Assembly (NCBI GenBank): GCA_025594325.1
Contig: JANHCV010000001.1
Span: 3,658,001 to 3,722,000, forward strand
Direction: 5' to 3'
Source: Blastocladiella emersonii ATCC 22665
Lineage: Eukaryota; Fungi; Blastocladiomycota
DNA length: 64,000 nucleotides
A program made the translations under genes and the position numbers. The notes under the pieces are model-generated. The model was not told the DNA's origin. It saw only the letters and a list, made by a program, of their open reading frames with translations, and made no database searches. Below are positions 47,207 through 56,450 of the stretch, piece by piece (position 1 is the first letter of the stretch; the number at the start of each line of letters is the position of its first letter).

Positions 47207-49026
47207 TCACAGCGCGAGCCCGACCATCTTGGCGTTCTGGTCGAGACACTCGGCGACGAGCGCGAGCACCTCGGCCTTGGTCGGCGCGTAATCGGACTCA
47301 GCCGCGCGTTCGGCGAGCTGCTGCCGCGCCGACGAGTTGGCGGCCTCGACGTTGCGCCACTTGGTCTCGAGCGCCGTGAGCTGGCGGTGGGTATCGTTTT
47401 CCTGGAGCTGGGTGCGCTTGACCTCATGGCGCGTGGTCTGCGCGGTGAGGCTGAGTTTGGCCCAGGCGCGGCGGCGGCGGAGCTCGGCGACGGTAGCGAG
47501 CAGCGACTCGCGGCGGGTCTCGAGCTCGGCGCGGATCGTGTCGACGCGGTCGAACTGGGCCATGTCCGCGTGGTACGCCTCGAGGCGCGCCTTGGCGGCG
47601 GCCAGCTCGCCCTGGATCTTGGTCTCGAGCTGGTCGATGCGCGACAGGTCGCCGAGCAGCCGCTCGCGCTCCTGCTGCACGTACGCGAACGTCTTCTCGG
47701 CGGTGCTGAGCTCCTTTTCTTTCTCCTTGAGGTCGCCCGCCAGCTTGCGCAGGTCGCCCGGCGTGCCGAGCGGGGCCACGGCGAGGCTCTGGATCTCGGC
47801 GAGGAGCGCGAGCGAGTCGGTCTGCGCCTGCTCGAGCTTGGTGGCCGCGTCGCCAGCCTGGTCGGGGAACGTGTCGAGGAACGCCTGCATCTCGCGGTCC
47901 TTCTTGACGAGTTCCTCGAACTTGGCGGCTTTCTCGTCCGAGATACCCGCCTCGAGCTGCTGCATCTCCTGGGCGAGCCGCGCCTGCTCCTTGGCGAACT
48001 CGGCCAGCGTGCCCTCCATGTGCGCGATCTCGGTGTTGCACCGCTTGATCTCCTCGAGGATGGCCTCCTTGGAGTCGAGCGACGCGATACCGCCGCCGCC
48101 CTCGCCGGAACCGGTCGACGGCGACTGGATCTCCTTGATCTTGGTCTGGATCGACGCCTTCTTCTCCTGCAGGGTCCACACGCGCATGCGCGCCGGGTCC
48201 TGCTGCAGGCCGCGCTCGAGGTGCGCCTGCTGAGCCTGCTGCGACGTGAGCTGGGCCTGCTGCTGCGCCATCTCGGTCAGCAGCGCCGCGTTCTCGGCCT
48301 CAAGGTTGTTCCATTGCTCGCGCGCCGCCGGGTTCTACAGATTGGCGAAGGAGGTGAGTCGGGAAGACGCGTGCGCGTGTGCGTGCCGTGCCACGTACCA
48401 TCTGCGTGATCCGTGCAGCAGCCTGCTCGCGCTCGGCGCGGATCTGGTGCTCGAGCTCCTTGAGCTTGGCCTCCTTTTCCTGGCGCTCCATGAACAGGGC
48501 GTCGACAGCCTGCTGGTCGCGCTCGTTCTTCATCTTGAACTCGTTGGCGTTGCGCTGCACCTCCTCGAGGTCCGCGTCCGAGTGCAGCTTGTCGATCAGC
48601 ATGTTGTAGTCGCCGAGCTGGCCCTGCAGGTCGCGCAGCTCCTGGCCCATGGTCTGCGCGCTACAGGGGACGGAGTTTAGTGACAGTGGGTGAGGTTGAC
48701 GAGAGAGAGGGGTGCGTGAGGCGTACCGCTTCTCGAGGGTCACGAAGCTGTTGTTCTCGCGCTCGAGGACGCCCATGTCGTTGTGGATCTTGTTGAGCTC
48801 GGCGCCCAGCTGGTTCATGCGCTGCTTGAGCTCGCCGATCCAGTACGAACGGTCCTGGACCACGCGACCGGAACCTGGATGGGATCGCGTTAGTGTGCGT
48901 TGTACGAGTGGAGGTGAGATGCGTACCCTGGTAGCTCGTCTTGGGCATCCCGCCGACGCCCTGCTGGGTGCCGGGACGGTCGCCGCCCATGGTCGGCGCG
49001 CGCAGCGAGGTGCCGGGGCGCAGCAT
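47207..49026 (-). CDS. IFT74: Intraflagellar transport protein 74; exons 49026-48927, 48874-48727, 48660-48399, 48334-47207 (~545 aa)
   Basis: RPGT repeats at the N-terminus, VQDRSYWIGEL, LQGQLGDYNMLIDKL, NERDQQAVDALFMER, long coiled coil, ENDTHRQLTALETKW; the introns keep the frame. Confidence 0.92.
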
Positions 49027-49639
49027 CGATGTGCTCGGAGGCTAAACGATGCGCAATGTCAGCTAATGATATAATCTGGAAATGCGCAGCCGACACGCAC
49101 CATCATGCCGGCCCGCGTGCCGATGCCAGTGCCGGTCTTGGGCGGAATGACGCCACCAAGGCCGCCGCCGGCCGCGGTGACCCCGCGTCCCCACGCTACA
49201 CTCAGTTCAATTAGATATATGGCCCGTCAAGTCGCGAAAGCCGGGCGTACAAGTGCCGGAACGCGTGCCGGGCCGGTTGGCGGCAGAGCTAGAGGGCGGG
49301 CGACCTGGTGTCGGCGGGTGAGCATGAAGGCGCAAGGTCGCGGGCGGGCGGTTGCATCGAGTCGCTGCATACCATACATTGCGGATAGGGAGTTTGCGGG
49401 AGCAAAGTGGAAGCGACCAGCGCCACGTGAAGAGAGGCGCGACGCGAGGTGAAAACGCGTCTCAAGTTGCGCACGTGAGGTGTGCAGCGGGGCGTCAACA
49501 CGCGTGTGCGGGCGCGCCGATCGTCTCGCGGTCCATCGCCTCGGCCGAGCCACCCACGCTCTCTTCTCCTTACCTCGCCGCCCCGCGAGTCCATGCAACG
49601 CCTACTACAACGCTTTCAGACACCAACCCACCCGTCACG

Positions 49640-49879
49640 ATGCCGCGCCACTCGGGACTCCAGCTCGAGGTGATCAAGCTGTACAAGCAGTGCATGCAGG
49701 TGGCGCGCAGCAAGCCGGCCGAGCACCGGGCCAACTGGGAGCGGTTCGTGCGCGCCGAGTTTGCCAAGAACCGGCACATCTCGCCCAAGGACTTTGCCAC
49801 CATCGAGTACCTCGCGCGCACGGGCAAGCGCCGCCTCGACACGTACCGCAACCCGTCCATCCACAGCATCTCCTTCTAG
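49640..49879 (+). CDS. SDH6: Succinate dehydrogenase assembly factor 1 (LYR family), 79 aa
   Basis: HSGLQLEVIKLYKQC...RAEFAKN...KDFATIEYLARTGKRRL is the SDHAF1/Sdh6 pattern. Confidence 0.9.
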   Translation: MPRHSGLQLEVIKLYKQCMQVARSKPAEHRANWERFVRAEFAKNRHISPKDFATIEYLARTGKRRLDTYRNPSIHSISF

Positions 49880-50707
49880 GCGCGGCGACTGCGACATTGT
49901 ACATTTTTGATGGCCCTCAGTGGGCCGTAGTATTGGGAAATAGCGAACGCGAGGAATTTGTTTGAGGGGGAGGCCCGCTTGTCCGATCGAGGGGAGGAGA
50001 GCAGCGAGAGTGACGTCAGCGCCACAGTTTCAGGATTTTCGGCTATCGGTTTTGCTTCACGTGAAGCGTCTGCTATCGCTCGCGGTTGTTGTTGCGCCCG
50101 GTTTCCCGCACGGCGACGGACCCACACAAGCCGGTGCGGTCCCTTGCAGTCCTCGCTCTCGCCCCGCACACCGCCGCTGAGGTGCGTCGCCTTCCCCACA
50201 CCTGAACCGCGGCCATGGCGACGACGACAACGGCAGCAACGATCCACGATGGGCAGCAGTAGCACGCATGCGAGGGCAGTTCGGCGTCGTCCTGGGTCCA
50301 CTGTGATCCCTAATCGGCCTCGGCCGCACCTGGACTGGGTCCATCAAGCCTACGCTGCGCCAGCGTCGCGGCGGCCATGACATGTATCGACACTTGCTCG
50401 CGATCGGCTCGATCTTCGGCGTGGCGGCCGCGTCGCGCGGGTTCCGCCCGTGCCTGCTCGGCGAGTCGAGCCCGTGCTGGTGTTGATCGACACGAGTGCG
50501 GCCCGGGGACCCGTCGGATGCACGCACGGCAGCGTCCCTGACAGCCGGCCGGCCGTGCAAACCACGCCGTTTCCACTGCAGCTGCCCCTGCTCGCTCGCT
50601 GCTGCTCTTGTCGCGCGTCCCATCACCCCGCCGTCGACCCATCCCGCCCCGCCGACCTAGCCGCTCACTTGGACTCGCCGCACTGCTCTAGTGATCCATC
50701 ACGCACC

Positions 50708-51874
50708 ATGCTGTCGACCTCCGTCTCCGCCACCAAGGCCGCCGTGCGCGCTGCCGCCACCGCCACGTCGGCGCGCTCGTTCGGGTCGCTCGGGTCCAAG
50801 TTTGCGCTGTCGGGCACGCCCGAGTACGAGTCGAAGCTGACCAAGTACGCGGGCACCTACACGGTGACGCTGATCCCCGGCGACGGTGTCGGCACCGAGA
50901 TGGCCGACTCGGTCAAGGCCGTGTTCGACGCGGCGCAGGTCCCCGTCGAGTTCGACCAGTACAACGTGACGGGCGAGACGGGCAAGCAGGACCCGACCCT
51001 GCTCAAGGCCTCAATCGACTCGCTCAAGCGCAACCGCGTCGGCCTCAAGGGCATCCTCTACACGCCCGTCGCCACCCACGGCACGCCCTCGCTCAACGTG
51101 TCGATGCGCAAGGACCTCGACATCTACGCGTCCGTGTCGCTCGTCCGCAAGGTGCCCGGCTTCCACCCGCCCCACACCCCGGTCCACAAGGGCAACGTCG
51201 ACTTCGTCATCATCCGCGAGAACACGGAGGGCGAGTACGCCGGCCTCGAGCACCAGTCGTTCCCCGGCGTCGTCGAGTCGCTCAAGGTGGTGACGCGCGC
51301 CAAGTCGGAGCGCATCGCCCGCTTCGCCTTCGACTTCGCCGTGCGCAACGGCCGCAAGAAGGTGACGTGCGTGCACAAGGCCAACATCATGAAGCTCGGC
51401 GACGGCCTGTTCCTCAACACGTGCCGCGAGGTGGCCAAGGAGTACGAGGCCAAGGGCATCCAGTTCCAGGACATGATCGTCGACAACACGGCCATGCAGC
51501 TCGTCGCCAAGCCCCAGCAGTTTGACGTGATGGTCATGGGCAACCTGTACGGCAACATTGCGTCCAACATCGGCGCCGCCCTCGTCGGAGGACCCGGCAT
51601 CGTGCCCGGCGCCAACATTGGCCGCGACTACGCCATCTTCGAGCCCGGATGCCGCCACGTCGGCAAGGACATCCAGGGCCGCAACGTGGCTAACCCGTCG
51701 GCGCTCCTCCTGTCGTCGGTCCTCCTCCTCCGCCACCTCCACCTCGACGAGCACGCCGACCGCATCTCGCACGCCCTCTACAAGACGCTCCAGGACGGCG
51801 TCCGCACCCAGGACCTCGGCGGTAACGCCTCCACCACCGAGTTCACGGCCGGCATCATCAAGAACCTCGAGTAA
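50708..51874 (+). CDS. IDH1: NAD-dependent isocitrate dehydrogenase, regulatory subunit 1, mitochondrial (388 aa)
   Basis: TVTLIPGDGVG, IIRENTEGEYAGLEH, VTCVHKANIMKLGDGLF, MIVDNTAMQLVAKPQQFDV, GANIGRDYAIFEPGCRHVGKDI; Ala/Ser/Arg-rich presequence. Confidence 0.95.
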   Translation: MLSTSVSATKAAVRAAATATSARSFGSLGSKFALSGTPEYESKLTKYAGTYTVTLIPGDGVGTEMADSVKAVFDAAQVPVEFDQYNVTGETGKQDPTLLKASIDSLKRNRVGLKGILYTPVATHGTPSLNVSMRKDLDIYASVSLVRKVPGFHPPHTPVHKGNVDFVIIRENTEGEYAGLEHQSFPGVVESLKVVTRAKSERIARFAFDFAVRNGRKKVTCVHKANIMKLGDGLFLNTCREVAKEYEAKGIQFQDMIVDNTAMQLVAKPQQFDVMVMGNLYGNIASNIGAALVGGPGIVPGANIGRDYAIFEPGCRHVGKDIQGRNVANPSALLLSSVLLLRHLHLDEHADRISHALYKTLQDGVRTQDLGGNASTTEFTAGIIKNLE

Positions 51875-52134
51875 GGTTCCCCGCCTCGCCTCTCGCCTCC
51901 TACCTCCCCGTCCCGCTTGTTGTCTCCCTCTTTAGTTGATCTACACTTGATATTTGTTTACTATCACCGTGATCCGCCTTGATTTTCTTCTCGTTTCGCC
52001 TCACGTGGGGGAGCCCGATCGCGTCCCCTCGCTTCGTCGTTCGCTCTTGGCCTCTCTCTCTTTCACTTCACCTTACATACCAAGGACTCTTAACGAATCG
52101 ACGCAAGACTCGCTGCAACGCCGCTGCCGCCACC

Positions 52135-53266
52135 ATGCCAGCGTGGATTCTTGTGAGTGCGCGCGGTAACTGCGAGGGGGGTCCCGCGACGAGACTAACG
52201 ACAGCCCGCCTGCCCCGTAGGTGTCCAACGTCAGCCGGCACGTCCAAAAGGACAAGCTGCGGAAGCTGTTTGCGCATCTCGGCGACATCCGGCAACTGGT
52301 CCTGAAGCCGTACGGACTCTGAAAACTGCCTTTTTCGCAAGAGACCGCTCACACCCTTCTTACCTGTAGCGCCGACGACGGCTCCCCCACGACCGAAGCC
52401 GCAATCGAGTTCGCCAAGTCGGACGACGCGCGCGTGGCCGTGCTCCTCGACGGGACCCCGTTCCTCGACACGGCGCTGGCCGTGGCCGCGTACCAGGACG
52501 AGGACCAGCTGCAGCGCATTGCGCGCACGCTGCGCATCGACCGCGTCCCGCTCGACGCTAACGTCGACACGCTCAAGGCGCTGTTCGCCGAGGCCGCTGT
52601 CGACGGGATCCGCCGCATGCGGATGGGGAACGGGACCGATCCCGACACGGCCCTCGGATACGCGTTCGTCGAGTTCGGGAATCCCGAGCAGAAGGAGGCG
52701 GCCGTCGCGCGGATGGAGGGCGCGGCGCTGGGCGAGCAGCAGCTCATGTACGTGCCGTTTGCGCGGCTGTGAGAGGAAGGGCGCTGGACTGACTTCTCCT
52801 CGGCGTGTGTAGCATCTCCAACTCGCGCATCGCCATCTCCAAGGGCAAATCCGGCGGCCGCCCGCCGCTCGTCCTCGCCATGGCCGCCGCGCTGTCGTCG
52901 TCGGCCCCGCCCACGGCGCCCGGGAGCGTCGACGGGGGTTCCGGCACGCCCATGCGCGGCGACTCACGGTCTCGCGGTCCCGGTGCCGCCGGGGAAACCC
53001 GGTCGCGCCGGTACGACGACATGGACGTCGACCGGTACCGCGACCGCGACCGCGACGACGACCGGTACGGCGGCGGCTCCAGTCAGCGGCGGAGTACCCG
53101 GCGGCGGTCCCGGTCCGACTCGCGCGACCGCGACCGTGACCGTGACCGTGACCGTGATCGCGACAGGGGACGGTACGACGATCACCGCCGTGGTGGCGGG
53201 TACCGCAACAGCGCGCGGAACCATAGCCGCGAGCGGTCGCCCGACGCCAAGCGGGCAAGGCGCTGA
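52135..53266 (+). CDS. SR-related splicing factor, SREK1/SRSF11-like (two RRMs plus RS/RD tail); exons 52135-52152, 52221-52309, 52370-52747, 52813-53266 (~312 aa)
   Basis: RRM1 ILVSNVS...LRKLFAHLGDI...IEFAK; RRM2 RTLRIDRV...GYAFVEF...ISNSRIAISK; RS/RD-rich C-terminus; GT-AG introns keep the frame. Confidence 0.8.
53123..53164 (+). repeat. Hexanucleotide CG(C/T)GAC repeat encoding an RD dipeptide run in the SR protein
   Basis: cgcgac cgcgac cgtgac cgtgac cgtgac cgtgat cgcgac, read directly. Confidence 0.8.
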
Positions 53267-53339
53267 ACTGACGGTGCTGGTGGAGGCGGACGCTGCGTGA
53301 TACATTTCATTTGACTCTACCTGCTGCTTTGCTACTCCC

Positions 53340-53400
53340 TTGTTCAGACAACGATAACGACAACGACGGCCTCTTTGTTCAGACAAACGACAACAACGGC
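53340..53400. repeat. Short imperfect direct duplication (TTGTTCAGACAA...CGAC(A)AC.ACGGC) in the shared 3' region of two convergent genes
   Basis: ttgttcagacaacgataacgacaacgacggc followed by ctctttgttcagacaaacgacaacaacggc. Confidence 0.7.
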
Positions 53401-53430
53401 ATGAACACACGACAGTCACCGACCGACTAC

Positions 53431-54810
53431 TCACTCGCGCTGCTGCTGCACCTGCGCCTGCGCCTGCTGCTGCTGCTGGCCCGCCGACGGCGAGCCCGCG
53501 CGGCCACCCGACGACGCGGGCGCCGACGCGGGCGGGTGCGCGGCCGCCTCAGTCCCGCCGCCGCCCTCGCCGCCCGTGTGGCCCTCGTCAGTCCCACCAC
53601 GGCGCGCGCCGCGACCACGGCGACCGCGCCCGCGACGGCCGCGCCCAGCACCGCGCGTGCCCGCCTCACCGCCGCCGGCCGCCTGCTGCTGGTGCTCCGT
53701 GTCCTCGGCCCCGCCGGGCCCGCCGTGCTCCGTGTCCGTGTGCTGCTTGTTGTCGTGCGGCGACTGGGCGCGGCTGGGACCCGCGCCCGCGTTGCCGCCG
53801 CCGCGACCGGTGTACGAGGCGCGGCGCTTGGGCGGGTGCTCGAGGTACATCTTGTAGTCGTAGTCGAGGGCGCGGTAGATGGCCTCGTTGAGCGTCTTGG
53901 GCAGCCCGCGCGGTTCGCCGCCGGTCCCGGCGCCGCCCTCGCCGACGGGCCCCTCCACGGCAGCGTGTGTCTGCGCGTCGAGCGTCTCGAGGAAGTACTT
54001 GACGAGCGTCGGCTCGTCGGGGCGCGGCTTGAGCGCGACGAGCAGCGCGCGGAAGTGGCCGACGTGCTGGATCATGCGGCCGTGGCCGCCGTTGCCGAGG
54101 CGCAGCCGCGACAGGCGCGCCAGGGCCGCCGCGTGGTCGGCGGCCGCCGGGCGCGCGATCTCGGCCAGGAACTTGGGCCGGTACAGCAGCGTCCACAGGT
54201 CCGAGGCGGCCATGGGCGGCGGCGCGGACGCGGCCGTGGTGGCGGTGGAAGTGGATGGCGGTGAGACCGCGGCGGCGCCCTTGAGCTTACCGGGCGACGG
54301 CTGGCGCGTCGGCGACGGGGTGCGCGCCGAGGGCGACCCGCCACTGCCGCCGCGGGCCTGCTGGGCGGGCGCGGGCGAGGCCGGGAGCGGGATCCCGTGC
54401 GGCGTGGGGGCCGTGGCGGCGGCGACGGCCTTGTCGTCGTCGGGCCCGAGCAGCATCAGCGCGTCGAACCACGGCCACATGGACGAGTCGACGTGGCTGC
54501 GGAAGACGAGCGGCCACTGCCACATGGGCACGCCGTACGCGAGCATCGTGTGCTCGAACGCCTCGAGCCACGGCCGGCCCCAGTCGCGGTGCGGGTGGAA
54601 CGTCGGGAACGACAGCGTGCGCGCGTCCACGAGCACCGCCTGCGGGTGCGGGTGCGTGGCCACGCCGGGAATCAACTTGGCGGCCGTCGCGTGCGTCGCG
54701 GGCAGCGGCGCAATGTTGGACGTGTCGGCGGGCAGGCCAATGGCCTCGGTCGTCGGCGGCGGCGCCACGGCGGCCGCGCGGATCGTCGGGTTCGAGGTGA
54801 CGACGGGCAT
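53431..54810 (-). CDS. Stand-alone Ty3/gypsy-type Gag capsid-like protein with RGG-rich tail (~459 aa); no pol or LTR
   Basis: CA-NTD-like PTFHPHRDWGRPWLEAFE...WPLVFRSHVDSSMWPWF; CA-CTD/MHR-like ARLSRLRLG...HVGHFRALL...DEPTLVKYFLETL...PKTLNEAIYRALDYD; GRGRRGRGRRGRGARRGG tail. ATG at 54810 inferred; the ORF is open from 54972. Confidence 0.68.
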   Translation of the reverse strand: MPVVTSNPTIRAAAVAPPPTTEAIGLPADTSNIAPLPATHATAAKLIPGVATHPHPQAVLVDARTLSFPTFHPHRDWGRPWLEAFEHTMLAYGVPMWQWPLVFRSHVDSSMWPWFDALMLLGPDDDKAVAAATAPTPHGIPLPASPAPAQQARGGSGGSPSARTPSPTRQPSPGKLKGAAAVSPPSTSTATTAASAPPPMAASDLWTLLYRPKFLAEIARPAAADHAAALARLSRLRLGNGGHGRMIQHVGHFRALLVALKPRPDEPTLVKYFLETLDAQTHAAVEGPVGEGGAGTGGEPRGLPKTLNEAIYRALDYDYKMYLEHPPKRRASYTGRGGGNAGAGPSRAQSPHDNKQHTDTEHGGPGGAEDTEHQQQAAGGGEAGTRGAGRGRRGRGRRGRGARRGGTDEGHTGGEGGGGTEAAAHPPASAPASSGGRAGSPSAGQQQQQAQAQVQQQRE

Positions 54811-55268
54811 CTGCGGCTTCTTGGAGGCAGTCGGGGTGGTGGTGATGGCGAACGTGATCCGTCGTCTGGCTCCAAAGTCGGCAGCGGGAGGGAGCGGGGA
54901 GCGCGGACCGCTTGCGACGGCGCGCCGCTGGTTCCACAGGCATCCCCGCTCGCCCGCCTCGCTCGCTCCCACGCATCAGCGGCAGCGCATGCCACCGAGA
55001 CAAGGCGGGCGGCACGGGCACGGCAGGAGCGACCGACCCGCGGGTCCAGCCCCTCCTCAGCCCGAACGCGTCGCGTCGCGGCTGCGCAACGAACGCGTCG
55101 GCCTCGCCCACGTGCGCTGGCTCCCTGACCACTTCGCCGCTTGCTCTCGACTTCCTCCCTCCCCTCGCGACCCTCCCCCGCATTGCCACGTAGCTATCCG
55201 CGAGTCACAACTCGCTGCAACCGCCCCGGGCACCCCGCACCTGCCCGTCCTCGCCTTCTTGCCCAATT

Positions 55269-56319
55269 ATGCCGCGCAACAAGCGCACCGCCTCGCGCGA
55301 CGCGGCCGCCGCCAAGCCGCTGCTGCAGCAGGACGACGCCCCGCCCGCCTACACCAACGCCGGCAGTCCCGCTGGCGCCGCCGCCGCCAACTATGCCACC
55401 TTCCCGGGCTCGTCGTCGTCATCCCCGACGCCGGCGCCGGCGGCGCAGACCATCGTGACGCACGTCGTGGCGCCGGCTGACGAGCGCGTCCACCACGTCA
55501 TCGTCGTCCACACGGGCGCCGCGGTCCCCGAGGAGCGCGCGCGCCAGCTGTACGCCAAGAGCCCGTGCTCGGACTGCACGCGCGCCGCGGTGTGCCCGCT
55601 CGTCACGTTCGTCCTCGTCGTGCTCGGCCTCGCCACCACCATGCTCGTCTACCCGCGCCTGCTCGCCGTCAACGTGCACGACGTCGGCCTCGACTTTGCC
55701 AAGGTCCCGCCCATCAAGTTCGGCCTCGCGCCGCCCTCGGTCACCCTGCACCTCCTGAGCAACGTGTCCATCTGGAACCCGCTGCTCACCGACTTGCACA
55801 ACGTCTCGCTCAACGTCGTCGTACGTCAACCTTCTCCCGACGCGACCCTACCGTGACGAAACGCTCACACTCTAGCGCCCGCGCGCGTAGGCGAAATACC
55901 CCCACTTTGACCCGCCCGTCGTCATTGGCCGGTCCACGCTCGACCAGCTGCTCGAGCTGCCGTCGCGCCAGCAGGCCTCGGCGCTCATCCCCTTTGACGT
56001 GAAGCTGCCCGACGCCTCGCTCCCGTCTGCCTCGTCCGGCGACGACGAGCACCAGATCAGCCTGCTCTCGCGCATCACCGGCCTCGTCTCTTCTACCGCC
56101 GAGCCACCGCGCGCCGCGGCGCCCGGCCTCCTCGACGTGGTCCTCGCCCTCGTCGACGACTGCAAGTCGCGCAACGCCATCGCCCTCGACCTCGAGATCC
56201 GCACCTCGGCCGCGACCTGGTGGTGGAAGTTTGGCGGGTCCGTCAACGTCGCGCGCAACGTGCTCGTCGCGTGTCACGCCGCCAACGACACGGGCACGCC
56301 GGTGTACGTCGTCGCGTAA
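55269..56319 (+). CDS. Single-pass membrane protein with LEA_2-like extracytoplasmic domain; exons 55269-55820, 55891-56319 (~326 aa)
   Basis: PPAY motif, Cys-rich juxtamembrane segment, TM LVTFVLVVLGLATTMLVYPR, then beta-strands VNVHDV, VSIWNP...SLNVVV, LDLEIRT, VNVARNVLVAC; GTACGT...TAG intron in frame. Confidence 0.75.
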
Positions 56320-56450
56320 GTCTTCCTCGCACACCGTACCTCATCGCATTGCTCCCTCCACACCCGCTGCTACTACGCTTGCTCACGCGGACCCACACAC
56401 GCAATTTGTTACACTTATATATCCGTTCTCTCGCTCAATGCCCAAGGTAA

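Noticed and set aside
50057-50707. ORFs upstream of IDH1 (including the extension from 50450)
   Set aside because: The presequence-bearing ATG at 50708 in accATG context explains IDH1; the upstream sequence is pyrimidine-rich and UTR-like.
53431-54810. Interpreting the Gag-like ORF as an intact LTR retrotransposon
   Set aside because: No pol, LTR pair, primer-binding site or target-site duplication was seen, and host genes flank it closely on both sides.
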